A DNA stretch of 64,000 bases from the NCBI RefSeq assembly GCF_001194135.2, contig NC_068987.1, positions 2,223,316-2,287,315 on the forward strand. Reading direction: 5' to 3'. The notes beneath the pieces are model-generated. The model saw only the letters and a program-made list of their open reading frames with translations, ran no database searches and was not told the DNA's origin. Numbering within the stretch: the stretch's first letter is position 1; the number at the start of each line of letters is the position of its first letter. This DNA is from Octopus bimaculoides (lineage: Eukaryota). Of the stretch, positions 39,272 through 52,208 are shown one piece after another. A program made the translations under genes and the position numbers.

Positions 39272-40232
39272 TTGTGTGCAAAAGTATGTGTACGCATTAT
39301 GTATATGTACGCCTGTATGTGTGTGTGCCCCTTTATGCGTGTGCACTTTCATGTGTGTTCGCGTGCGAATACATGTGTGTGTGTGCGCATGCGATTGTAT
39401 GTATGTATGCGTTTGCATATGTGTACAGAAGTGTGTGTGCACCTGTATGTGTGTGCATACCAACATGTACGTGTTCACTTGCATGTGTATGTGCGCATGC
39501 GGCTCTGTGTGTATGTGTGTTTGTTTGTGTAGGTGTATGTATGTGACCAGAAGCAGACAGTGGGTGTTGATGAATGTATCATATAGAGACCCTGGCCTCA
39601 GGAGCTGATAAACATTTCTCCGTGATTCAAATCTTCGAATAAGCCCGAAGAATTTTCGTGCTTTGCCAAAAAGTAAAACATTAAGGATTCCAGTTCTACA
39701 TTGTAGTTGATTTCCTCAACATTCTTTCATAATTACACACGATTAACCGATTACTCCTATATCCAGTCAGCATTCTGATAAAGGAAGATTAGTGAGAATT
39801 AGGTTTAAAAACGTTTGAAATTTGCTGCTGTCAATCAGTAAGTATTTTATGAGAGATTAGCCGGGGATTCAAATACATGCTAGGAAAATAGTAAATTGAG
39901 AATCCGTTATGTTATTTTAAGGATCCAGGGGAAGTTTTGAATCAAATGAATCTCTTGCAAGAAACAGCTACGTTTCTTTCTCAAACGTTTTACGTCTTTC
40001 AACCTATACAAGTGAATGAGTGAATAAGAAAATAAGAAATTGGAAAGAAATATCAATAAAACTAGATCTTAAACATCAAATGGCTATGGGAGTGCACCCG
40101 AATAAAATAGAAATTAAAGGGATCCTTGGTTGAGAATCACTGCCCTAAATCCACAATTCCTTCTTTGATATTATCTTCCCCTAAAACTTCACATCCACGT
40201 TAACATTAAACTCTTGTAAAGCTTTATTCGCA

Positions 40233-40450
40233 AGGCGGCGAGCTGGCGGAAACGTTAGTACGACGGGCGAAATGCTTAACGGTATTTCGTCTGTTTTTAC
40301 GTTTTGAGTTCAAATTCCGCCGCGGTCGACTTTGCCTTTCATCCTTTCAGGGTCGATAAATTAAGTACCAGTTGCGTACTGGGGTCGATCTAATCGACTG
40401 ACCCCTCCCCAAAAATTTCGGGCGTTGTGCCTAGAGTACAAAAGAATAAA
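40233..40450 (+). mobile_element. SINE family B with third tail type
   Basis: Family B head and central domain, then CCCTCCCCAAAAATTTCGGGCGTTGTGCCTAGAGTACAAAAGAAT. Confidence 0.88.
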
Positions 40451-40474
40451 TCCTTATTCCTCTTCCTCGATATT

Positions 40475-40670
40475 CGTTTCAAGTTTTGGTGCAAGGCCAG
40501 GAATTTCGTGGGTCGATTACATCAAGCGCAGTGCTCAGCTGGTACTTATTTTATTACCCTCGAAAGGAAGAAAAGCAAAGTCGACCTTGGCAGAATTCGA
40601 ACACAGAACGTAAAGAAATACCAGTAATAATTTCGCCCGGTCTGCTGACGATTCTGCAGCTCACCACCTT
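40475..40670 (-). mobile_element. SINE family B, diverged copy
   Basis: Reverse complement of the family B head and central domain. Confidence 0.75.
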
Positions 40671-40685
40671 CACGCTCCCTAATAT

Positions 40686-40887
40686 TCTTTCCTACTCAAG
40701 GTACAAGGCCAGAAATTTTGGGGGAGGGGGCCAGTCGATTCGATGAACCCCAGTAGGCAACTGGCATTAATTTATTGACCCTGAAAGGATGAAAGGCAAA
40801 GTCGACCTCGGCGGAATTTGAACTCAGAACGTAAAGACAGACGAAACACCGCTCAGCATGCTAACGATTCTGCCAGCTCGCCCCCTT
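40686..40887 (-). mobile_element. SINE family B, same tail type as 40233-40450, inverted
   Basis: GAAAGGATGAAAGGCAAAGTCGACCTCGGCGGAATTTGAACTCAGAACG plus AAATTTTGGGGGAGGGGG. Confidence 0.85.
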
Positions 40888-41792
40888 CCTGCTCCTTAAT
40901 ATTAATCCCTTAAATTCACACTTCCTTCCTTAACATCAACAACAGAACGTATTCTCTAAATCTACACCGCTTGCCAAACAGTGACCCCTTAAAGCCACAT
41001 TCCTATAAAGGGAGCTTTCATCACCTGAAATTAAAATATTAATTCTAAACCGCAACAAATGTATATCAAGGAATTATCGTTTAAATCTCTTTATTAACTT
41101 TTCCCCTTCATTAGCCCCCCATCCCCCTCACCTCCACCTCTTCCTGCTTCTAATAGCTATGTGATTTACCTCTTTAATACAAGATTAGACCGGATTAAAT
41201 TACATCCGTTAATCGGGATGAGAAGTCACGATTTTCAGATACTTTTTACTAAATAGAGTTGTGTGTGGAGTGGGGGGGGGNNNNNNNNNNNNNNNNNNNN
41301 NNNNNNNNNNNNNNNNNNNNNNNNNNNNNNNNNNNNNNNNNNNNNNNNNNNNNNNNNNNNNNNNNNNNNNNNNNNNNNNNNNNNNNNNNNNNNNNNNNNN
41401 NNNNNNNNNNNNNNNNNNNNNNNNNNNNNNNNNNNNNNNNNNNNNNNNNNNNNNNNNNNNNNNNNNNNNNNNNNNNNNNNNNNNNNNNNNNNNNNNNNNN
41501 NNNNNNNNNNNNNNNNNNNNNNNNNNNNNNNNNNNNNNNNNNNNNNNNNNNNNNNNNNNNNNNNNNNNNNNNNNNNNNNNNNNNNNNNNNNNNNNNNNNN
41601 NNNNNNNNNNNNNNNNNNNNNNNNNNNNNNNNNNNNNNNNNNNNNNNNNNNNNNNNNNNNNNNNNNNNNNNNNNNNNNNNNNNNNNNNNNNNNNNNNNNN
41701 NNNNNNNNNNNNNNNNNNNNNNNNNNNNNNNNNNNNNNNNNNNNNNNNNNNNNNNNNNNNNNNNNCATACATACATACATACATAGACATAC

Positions 41793-41913
<121 letters not shown>

Positions 41914-41976
41914 CGTGCACTAATATCGATCGATCAGTGAGAATGAGTGCTCAGCAAAACTTGTTAACCCACAAAT

Positions 41977-42033
<57 letters not shown>

Positions 42034-42709
42034 AGAGAAGGAGAGAGAGAGAGGGACAGAAAGATAAAGAAAGAGAGAGAGAAAGATAAAGAGAGTGAGA
42101 AAGATAAAGAAAGAGAGAGAGAAAGATAGAGAAAGAGAGGGAGATAAGCAGGGAGTTGGTGAAGGGGAAGAATGTAACAAGAAGCATTTGAAAAACAAAA
42201 CCGAAGGATTTATACGAAAAATAGAGAAAAACGCAAAAAGAAAGAAAAAAGAGGAGAAAGGAAGACGAGAAGTGTGAAGTGTGTAAGGGAAGGGTGGGTG
42301 TTGGGGGGCTTTTGTGAATAGATCGACTTTACTGTGTATTGACGGATGGTCAAATAATATTTACTGGTGGATTAAAGCAGATTAAACCGATTAGTGGATT
42401 CAGGAATTAGAAAACTACAGATTAGGCCGAGGCAACCAGTTAGGACGGGTGAAATATAATGGAGAAATATTTTCACACTATTAAGGACTCCGTTATCCAA
42501 TGTCACCTTCATTTAGGTTATCGTTGTTGTTGTTGTTGTTGTTGCTACTGCTGCTGTTGCTGTTGTTGTTGTTGTTGTTGTTGTTGCTGCTGTTGTTGTT
42601 ACTATTGTTGTAGTTGGTGATGAAGTTTAGCCCCAAGTCAGCTCTGATCGGATCGGATCGATCTCAAAGCTTTTTAAAGACATGGTTCACCTTGGTTTTA
42701 TCTATCATT

Positions 42710-42885
42710 TTATGCCTTTAACTTGTTTCGGTCATTGGCGTGCGCCCATGCTGGAGCATCACCTTCAACAGATCGATTCCAGTATTTATAATTTTCATTC
42801 TGTTACATTTACTCCGAAACGCTAAGTTACGGGGACATAAAACAAATACCAGTTGTTAAGCGGAAGTACAAACACAAAGACACAC
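42710..42885 (-). mobile_element. SINE family A 3' half
   Basis: CCATGCTGGAGCA..GCTAAGTTACGGGGAC..CACAAAGACAC running into (CA)n. Confidence 0.75.
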
Positions 42886-43608
42886 ACACACACACACACA
42901 CATACTCCCTCCACACACACACACTCACACACACACAAGCTTATATATATATATGTGTGTGTGTGTGTATGTGTGAAAATGCTGTGTTATAATAATATTC
43001 CACAGCCTTACCAACAATCCAACAGACCTACATCATCAGCTGCCCCTCGGATATCATTATGGTTTCGACACCTGGGTAGTACCATTCAACCCGGCGGTGT
43101 CAACAGCACTAAAATAAGTGTTGCTTGGGAACAACAGGTTTTGGAAGTTCATTTTATTTACGATTTGCATATGTGTAATTATGTATGTATGTGTGTATGT
43201 ATGTATGTATGAATGTAGGTAGGTAGGTAGGTAGGTAGGTAGGTAGGTAGGTAGGTAGGTAGGTAGGTAGGTAGGTAGGTAAAATGTAGGTATATTATTC
43301 TCTTTCTCTTTTTCATTTAGAATAGAATTTGATCGGCCAACTACTTGGTAATAAGATTTTAAAGGAACCATCATCCTTTAAAGTNNNNNNNNNNNNNNNN
43401 NNNNNNNNNNNNNNNNNNNNNNNNNNNNNNNNNNNNNNNNNNNNNNNNNNNNNNNNNNNNNNNNNNNNNNNNNNNNNNNNNNNNNNNNNNNNNNNNNNNN
43501 NNNNNNNNNNNNNNNNNNNNNNNNNNNNNNNNNNNNNNNNNNNNNNNNNNNNNNNNNNNNNNNNNNNNNNNNNNNNNNNNNNNNNNNNNNNNNNNNNNNN
43601 NNNNNNNN

Positions 43609-43661
<53 letters not shown>

Positions 43662-43795
43662 CTTACATATATATATGTTAGTTGTGTAAATTCCTAAGCT
43701 ATAACAATGTGTGTGTTTATGTAGGCATATTTATGCATATATATATATGTATACACACACACATACATGCATACATACCTACATACATACATACA

Positions 43796-43829
<34 letters not shown>

Positions 43830-44147
43830 AGTGCATGTATTTTTGTAATGGCAGGACGTGTGGCTTCTTTTTTCAACATGCCATATACCCCCGCTGTGTA
43901 CCTTTTTGGGTAAATGACCCTTCTAGCCTGAATATACATGGAATCTACCCGCGGAACACTTGACGTACATACCTGTGGGTTTACCCATCGGAATATTTCC
44001 ACAAACAGCATCACTGTGGCATTCTGGGCGTTCCGATAAGAAAAATAACGTCTAAACTACATACACAAATATTCATTTACACACACACACTTACACACAC
44101 ACACATACACACACACACGCACACACACAGAATCATATATATATATA

Positions 44148-44207
<60 letters not shown>

Positions 44208-44550
44208 NNNNNNNNNNNNNNNNNNNNNNNNNNNNNNNNNNNNNNNNNNNNNNNNNNNNNNNNNNNNNNNNNNNNNNNNNNNNNNNNNNNNNNNNNNNNN
44301 NNNNNNNNNNNNNNNNNNNNNNNNNNNNNNNNNNNNNNNNNNNNNNNNNNNNNNNNNNNNNNNNNNNNNNNNNNNNNNNNNNNNNNNNNNNNNNNNNNNN
44401 NNNNNNNNNNNNNNNNNNNNNNNNNNNNNNNNNNNNNNNNNNNNNNNNNNNNNNNNNNNNNNNNNNNNNNNNNNNNNNNNNNNNNNNNNNNNNNNNNNNN
44501 NNNNNNNNNNNNNNNNNNNNNNNNNNNNNNNNNNNNNNNNNNNNNNNNNN

Positions 44551-44720
44551 CTACGTTCTGAGTTCAAATTCCGCCGAGGTCGACTTTGCCTCTCATCCTT
44601 TCGGGGTCGATAAATTAAGTACCAGTTACGTACTGGGGTCGATGTAATCGACTTAATCTCTTTGTCTGTCCTTGTTTGTCCCCTCTGTGTTTAGCCCCTT
44701 GTGGGCAATAAAGAAATAAG
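44551..44720 (+). mobile_element. SINE family B (5' end hidden in gap)
   Basis: B-box, central domain and the same tail as 27822-28055. Confidence 0.9.
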
Positions 44721-45092
44721 AAGCTTGCTTCTCAACCACGTGGTTCAGGGTTCAGCCCCCCTGCGTGGCACGTTGGGTGAGTGTCTTCTACTATAGCCTT
44801 AAGCCGACCTAATCATTGAAACTGGATTTGGTACACGGAAACTGAAAGAAGCCCGTCGTATATAGATATATGTGTGTTGGTGTGTTCATTCCCCCAGCAT
44901 CATTTGACAACAGATGCAGGTGTATTTATATCCCTGTAACATAGCGGTTCGGCAAAAGAGACCTGATAGAATATGTAGAAAGCGTACAAAGAATAATTCA
45001 TGGTGTCAATATCTTCGACTAAAATCTTTTAAGGCGGTGCTCCAGCATGGCCGCAGTCAAATGACTGAAACAAATAAAAGAATAAAAGAATA
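44717..45092 (+). mobile_element. SINE family A, slightly 5'-truncated, intact tail
   Basis: Body plus tail GGCGGTGCTCCAGCATGGCCGCAGTCAAATGACTGAAACAAATAAAAGAATAAAAGAATA. Confidence 0.9.
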
Positions 45093-45241
45093 TGACAGTG
45101 GTAAGCAGCTTGCTTCCCAACCACATGGTTCCAGGTTCAGTCCCATTGCGTAGCACCTTGGGCAAGTGTCTTCTATAGCCTCGGATCGACCAGAGCCTTG
45201 TGTGTGGATTTGGTACAAGGAAACGGAAAGAAGCCCGTCGT
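45093..45241 (+). mobile_element. SINE family A 5' half directly after the previous tail
   Basis: GTGGTAAGCAGCTTGCTTCCCAACCACATGGTTCCAGGTTCAGTCCC..AAGCCCGTCGT, then (GT)n. Confidence 0.88.
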
Positions 45242-45243
45242 GC

Positions 45244-45309
<66 letters not shown>

Positions 45310-46036
45310 ATGTGTGTGTGTGCATGTGTGTGTGTGCATGTGTATAGATCGATAGATACAATACATTTTTATACTAATATATATAAATATGCAATGGTTT
45401 GCATATTAGTAAACAAATTTGAATATCGTTGGAATGTAGATTACAAAAACGATGTCATGTTTTAAAATTGAGGAATGTCTTACATACTTTTACTGTCCCA
45501 CCTACAGAATTTATTCGTATTGTGGAAGTTAGTTGGTTCATTACTTTTTCTGAAAACCCAGGCTTATCCACATTGTCATTTTATATATGTTTATGTATAT
45601 ATATGCATGTGTGTGTGCATGTGAGTGTAAGTGTGTGTGTATGTACACATATATGTGTATGTACACATATATGTGTATATATATATATATATATGTGTAT
45701 ATATATATGTGTGTGTGTATATAAAAATAATATATACATGCATACACAAATACACACACTTACCTATAGTAATGCATGTTTCCCCTTATTATTATACGAA
45801 AATATAATCAAGCATGAAATTGAAGTATCATTCATTGTAGTATCACAGTTATTCTATATTTACAAGGAAAATGTTGACACTTATCTCGAACTTTCTGCTT
45901 AGAAGCCCTCACCAGACTTTCTAATTAAAACCTGAGCTCTAACTACGAAGTAAATGTTAGCCATTTCCCTATAAAATTTATGTATATAAATTCATATATT
46001 TATGCTTGTATATATTTATATCTATCTATCTATCTT

Positions 46037-46088
<52 letters not shown>

Positions 46089-46404
46089 CTTATCTATCTA
46101 CCTATCTATCTATTTATCTATCTATCCATATATAAATGCGGTTACAGAACTTCACACACTACGAAAGGTGTAGGGTCAACAGAATTGTATTTTCATTCTG
46201 ATCTGCTTATGTATGACCACTAGTTTGCATTTCCAGATTTTCTCATCACGTGATGTGTCTTCGCACACCTACTCCAAAATCTCGAAGATTCCAAGGCATT
46301 TGTTTTACGCTCTCCTTGAATCGCACAGAAAGCTTCCATGAAAAGGGAAAGAACCGCATCTATGATCTACTGACGATACATGTGTGTGTGTTTGTGTGTA
46401 TGAA

Positions 46405-46600
46405 TACATACATACACACATACATACATACACACATACATACATACATACTTACATACATACACACATACACTCATACATACTTACATGCGTACATACA
46501 TACATACACACATTCATACATACATACACTCATACATACATACATACATGCATACATACATACATACATACATACATACATACATACATACATACACACA
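46405..46600. repeat. Degenerate (ACAT)n microsatellite
   Basis: Read directly from the sequence. Confidence 0.93.
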
Positions 46601-47775
46601 CACGTATCAATTTAATGTAAGTAATATTTAAAGTTGATATTCTTTAGTATCGAATCTGTCCCGAATGAGCGATTTCATATAGAAGACCTTCCAGACGTGG
46701 CCATCATACATTTTCATCTCTTCATAAAGATTAAAATTTTTAGCAGGTTGGCTGACCCCACAGAGGCCCTTCATTTCGTCTGTAGTACCTGCTTTGTTAA
46801 CGAGGATACTTCTATGTTGCTTCACCACCTGCTAGAAACAACAACAGAATCTTCCATAAATCATTGTCTAATGTCGTCAACATGGAATGTCGCTTCGAGC
46901 AACAGTGTTACAGACGCTCAGTCATAAACCGATTTCCTTGGATTATTGATTCTTCTCAATTCGGTTCGATCAGGGATTAACAGCAACAGCATCATCAACA
47001 TAAACATGAGTGTTATGTACCGCAACACGTAAAAAAACCGACTGATTCAAAAATATATTCATACATAAACTTATATTGCTTAGAATATAAAAAGAGTGAC
47101 GACCAGGGCTGGAACGTCTTTGCTCCATGGGGGCCGACCGATGGCTAAAGAAGAACGACAGTTTCGGTTTGAGCGTTAAATCTTATCACAAACGGCATGA
47201 GGAAAAATTCGATCCTTCGTCACTCCGCTCTGATTGTTTAAAATCCTCATCAAACGGCCTCACTTATCCTTACCTTACAATATAGTGTTTAAGAGAATTA
47301 ACTGTTTTCTTTCTAGATGAATGTATATTAGTTTTAACCCGATTAAGAGGTATTTGCGTGCTGAAATGTGGCAAATATTGATACTGAGGGGTCTTTTTCT
47401 GGGCTTTTAGGCCACTTGTAATGTCGAGTAATTTTAATTACACATTCCTGTGAGATTGTTTATTTAGGAGATATTTCACAATGTACCCTTAATCTGGATT
47501 AATATCAGATCAAAATAGTTATAAATCCTTCGCATTTGTCGTTAATCTACTCCTACATCTCTTCGTAATCTGACATCCATTTATAAATAGAGCGTCACCA
47601 TGTTTACTAATTCGGCAAAACATTCCGCTACATTTTATATTCAATATGTTGTTGTATTTATTTGTTGTGTAACTTTTCTTGTTGATTAGTAATGATTGTT
47701 GTAACAAATCTGCTTGTTTGGGTCAGGTTTAACTATTCTACTTCTAGGCATGGGACTTGAATAACTACACTATTT

Positions 47776-48078
47776 GGTGACGTGGGTTATGGTTAGCTCA
47801 ATTGGTTTGTGACAGGGTCTGCCCTTTGATTTCAAATCCTGGCCTTGATAGATATTGAACCAGTAGAAGTCAGTTCCCCTTTCCTTTTTCCTTCTCACCG
47901 CTCTCAATCTCTGTATTGTAAAGGCAATTTAAAGGTTCAGACTTGTCACCGAGTCTCACGCTTAGTTAGCCTGCAGAGTTCTTTAAGAGTACGGCGCTCT
48001 GTGGAATACTCAGCCACTTACACCAGTAAGAATTCAGTTAAACAACAAATGTACCCTCACCGTGGAAACCGACGGAAA
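47776..48078 (+). mobile_element. Old SINE carrying the family C-type 3' domain
   Basis: TCTGTGGAATACTCAGCCACTT and AACCGACGGA match the family C 3' domain. A degenerate B-box (TTTCAAATCC) lies upstream. Confidence 0.4.
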
Positions 48079-49245
48079 ATCCACCACTTTATGACTGTCG
48101 TTATTACATTTCGACTCAAATACTTATTTTATAAGCCTAATATATATTCTAGCAGCCTTTTGCTGAACAATTAGGATACGGGGACTTAAACAGACACCCT
48201 CGAGCGCTAGGAGGGGGGACAAACACATTCTAAAATACATACATACATACAAATGTACGTACATATATGCATGCATATATATATATATGCATGCAACGAG
48301 CTTCCACACAGTTTCCATTTAGCACATTCATTCACAAGGCCCTGGGCCGGTCACATTTTGGTAATTTAAACCAGTAAAGATTAGAGAACTGACAACATTG
48401 ACGGTGCTTGTAGCAGGGAACAAGCATTTTGCGATTTCAGTCTGCACCTATTCCGCAATGATTAACCGTAAATACAAACCCGCCTTCACCACCAGCACCA
48501 CCACCACGACCGCCGCCGCCGTACACCATTTTTACAGTGAATAAGGAGTAACAATCCTTTGCGGTTTTCCATCCTCGATCCCTAACCAACCACTTTCCTT
48601 ACAACGTTGGTTCATCTACAAAAAGCATTACCATTTCAGAGCACCGTATCCATGCCGCCATCCCGCTTCGGACATATAATCTTTGGTTTATTGAAAATAA
48701 AAGCTATTCATCACACGAATTTATATTACAGATGTTGTATTTAAAGTCATGGCAGATAAATATAGTTATTGTTTTCTGGCAAATCTCCATGATATAATTA
48801 CGATGTTGCCAAAATTTTATTCCATTTCTTATTTTATTTGCATTCATTTGTATTCAATGGAATAAATCAAGATGTCAGTTTATAATTGTACAGATACCAA
48901 CCCCAATATAGAACGCCGAATTGTTTTCAGTGTTGTCTGAGCGGGATCAACGTTGTATTATATCCAAGCACACTGGTTGTTTCACTAATCGCCATTAATG
49001 ATTATTGTCATTTATTAACATTACTTCCTGAGAACATCTTAGCAACATCCGACGGCAATCAGAATCCATGATTATCGCCCCTGTAACACTAGACGCACGA
49101 TGAATACATTTTCTTCCACCTTTCTTTCTTGGAATAATTACATACAACGCGCAAAGACAAACACATAAACACGAAACAATATCGTTTGTTTAATAATTAT
49201 TTTCCCAAAATATCATTCCTTTTCTTTTTTAATCTTTTTTTGTTA

Positions 49246-49596
49246 TCTTTTATTTATTTCAGTCATTGGACTACAGCCGTGTAGTCGAACAAATCAACCC
49301 CAGTACTTAGATTTTAAAGTCTGGTTATTATTCTGTCGATCGATTTTGCCGAACAGTTAACGGGGACTTAAACAAACCGGTCAAGCGGTGTGTGTGGAGG
49401 AGGTGCAAGCACACACAATGTCTCTTACATAGATATATACATATATATGTATACACAACTGGCTTCTTTCAGTTTCCGTCAACAAGGCTTTAGTTGGCCC
49501 GAGCTTATAGCAGACGACAACTGCAGAAGGAACCACGTAGTGGGGCAGACCCGGAACCACGTGGTTGGGAAGCAAGCTTCGTACCACACAGCCACG
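49246..49596 (-). mobile_element. SINE family A, diverged near-full copy
   Basis: Tail, central microsatellite remnant and head CCGGAACCACGTGGTTGGGAAGCAAGCTTCGTACCACACAGCCACG. Confidence 0.82.
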
Positions 49597-50261
49597 ACAG
49601 TTAATTTTCTAACCTTATTTCCATAATCACAATCTACTCCATCGAAAACCCTTTTCTGCGTCGCACATAAAATAAAATGTCCGTTTGAAAGAAAGTTATA
49701 TTACACACGTCTTTCGCTTCTTATGATAACTCTCTTTATATATTCCCCACTGCTCTCTGTCTCTCTATACAATGTGTAGCGTGATTGGGGAAGTCAAACA
49801 ACTGACATTTATGTCTTATGTTCTTTTATAGCGATTACTAAATATTTTCATTTTGTAGTAAGTAAAACTGAAAGCTCTTGATATGCTCCGATATTATTCT
49901 GACCTCATTAGGGGACCATTGCCCACACTATATTATCTGAGTAGTCGACGAAGCCGATTAAAATATATTGAGAAATATAATTCATGTAGTGAAATATTTT
50001 CCTACGAATTTTCTCACAGAAGAGTTATCAATTTTAATTCCAATTCTTTAAATTACATCGTGTTGTGTTTTGAGATAACACACGCACTGGTTCCATATCA
50101 CTTCTTTATTGTTAGTCAGTTAGTTAAATATCTAACCAATCAAATCGATTAGTTGGTTAGATTTAATGCGCTGGTTAAACACTCACTCGGTTGTTCGTTA
50201 GTCAAAGTTCTTTCGTCGCCATTCACGACCGAATCTCTAAATCACAATTATCAAGGTTGCC

Positions 50262-50392
50262 CCATGGTTAAGAAATTCCCTGTGCAGCCCCGTGTTTCCG
50301 GATTAGCCCCTACTGCGCGGTAAATAGTAAATGTCTGCTGCTAATACCATGTAAGTTTGGGTAAACGGAAACTATACCGAAGCTCATTGTAT
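50262..50392 (+). mobile_element. Highly diverged SINE family A 5' half
   Basis: Collinear degenerate match GGTTAAGAA..CTACTGCG..AAATGTCTGCTGCTA..GGTAAACGGAAACT..GAAGC. Confidence 0.45.
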
Positions 50393-51262
50393 ATGCACGT
50401 GTGTATGCGTGGGTGGTTAAGTATAGATGAAACATGTATACATGTGTAATAAAGGCAATTAAACGATGCAGTTAAATAAATATACCTTGTGGTATTTGTT
50501 TCTCTACAGTTATTGAGTCCCACCCTTGTTATTGTCGTCATCAGAAATGAAGCGAAGCAATGAAGAGGCCGCTAAACCTTATACTCCTCGATGCTATTGT
50601 TTACGAAGCGCTTTATTATATAACGAAAACATTTTGTGAGATAATTGAAAAATAAAAGATACTCAATTAATGCCAGCATTACAATATCTCACAATATCTA
50701 ATGGTGAAATGGAACCGGATTGAATTTCATTGACATCAAAGGTTGAAAACTAAAGCATGGTTAGCGCTATATATCATTACTTCATAGTTGCTTTGTGTAA
50801 TCTTTATTAAAAGCTACGCAATGATGCGGCTTTCTTTAATACAGCATACCTGGAACATACACAACTAAAAGATACATTTCAGTGTTGCGCCTCTTTCCCC
50901 GAAATCAGTTGATATCAAAGAGAGGCAGGAAATGTAAAACACATTGAAACCGTCAGCAGACGAGAATACATGCTGAGGTGCTAATTTGTCTAGAGGGCAT
51001 ACAAATACGATCTTTATTAATATTACAGCCAGATGTTCAAAGCATATTTTATCAAAACTTGCCCCTTACAACTGATAAATCTCGAAATAAAGCAGCTGTG
51101 ATTTTTAATCAAAACTATAACGAAACAAACATGCATTATTCAATTCAGAAGTTGAGAAGTGGTGAGACGTACGCTAAATATCTCACACATCTATACGCAT
51201 ACGTATATACATACATATCTACATACCTATTTACACACACACATACATATATGTGTGTATAC

Positions 51263-51302
<40 letters not shown>

Positions 51303-52035
51303 CAGCTAAATATATCTGTTTCATCATAACTTATCGAGTCTTAGTTGTATTTAATCATAAAAATGGGTAAATTATCGTGAATATATATGTGTGTGTGTGT
51401 GTATGTATATGTATGTATGCATTGATATACGAATGTATATATGTGTGTGTATATACATATATATACAGATATATATATATATATGTGAGTACATATGCAT
51501 ATGTATATGCGAATGCATGTATGTGTATAAATGTTTGTATATGTGAATGATGGATGTATGGTTGTGTTTCAATGTTTGCACAAATGCATGTTCACATGTA
51601 TGCGTGTGTGTGTGCTTGTGTGTGTGTGTGAGGGGAGTGTATCATTTTCCGTAGAAAAAAAACGATGCTTTCTTCCTTTTTTTGTTCCAAATGTAAGTAA
51701 TTAGAGTGATGGCTATGTTATGCTGAAGTACTCGGTGGTTGGAAGTGTATCTAGACAGAAGGAAACTGTACAGAAGCCTGTAATATTACGGTCCAACCAT
51801 GGCACACTTGTTTTTCTTAAGCACTCCGTCAGTTATGATGACGAGGGTCCCAGCTGATACGAAAAGCGGAACAGCTTGCTCGTGAAATTAATGTGTAAGT
51901 GGCTGAGTAATCCACAAACACGTGTAACCCTAACGTAGTTCCAAGGGGTATTCAACGTGACAAGGCTGGCCCTTTGAAATAAAGGTACAATTCATTTTTG
52001 CCAGCTGAGTGAACTGGAGCAATGTGAAATAAAGT

Positions 52036-52208
52036 TCTATATTTGAGAGATGAGGAATTATGTACATTATTTACATTTGACGGATATTTCGAACCCAGGT
52101 TCGAAATTTTCCCAAGACACTTGATGAAGGCCGGAGAGTATATCAGCCGAAACGTTGTGTTAACAACATGCAAGATGAGAACAAATATCCGTCAAATGGA
52201 AATAATGT
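52036..52208. mobile_element. Penelope pseudo-LTR-like insertion with 26-bp inverted arms and a hammerhead motif
   Basis: Inverted arms at 52064-52089 and 52183-52208 (25/26 complementary); the insertion splits the host SINE. Confidence 0.7.
52117..52160 (+). ncRNA. Minimal type I hammerhead ribozyme motif
   Basis: ACAC-UUGAUGA-A-GGCCG(gagaguauau)CAGCC-GAAA-CG-UU/GUGU. Helix I is 4 bp, helix II 4 of 5 bp and helix III the palindrome ACGU. Deviations are C3U, one extra A after A9 and a GUU triplet. Confidence 0.6.

Noticed and set aside
43060-43115. Minus-strand GACACC/GGUGUC stem followed by GAAAC
   Set aside because: The core reads CUGUU, and no helix III or NUH site forms.
46628-46927. 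Overlapping ORFs (66 aa minus, 97 aa plus) with an acceptor-like site at 46829
   Set aside because: No recognisable domain; the sequence looks more like an interspersed repeat. It needs a search to exclude fully.
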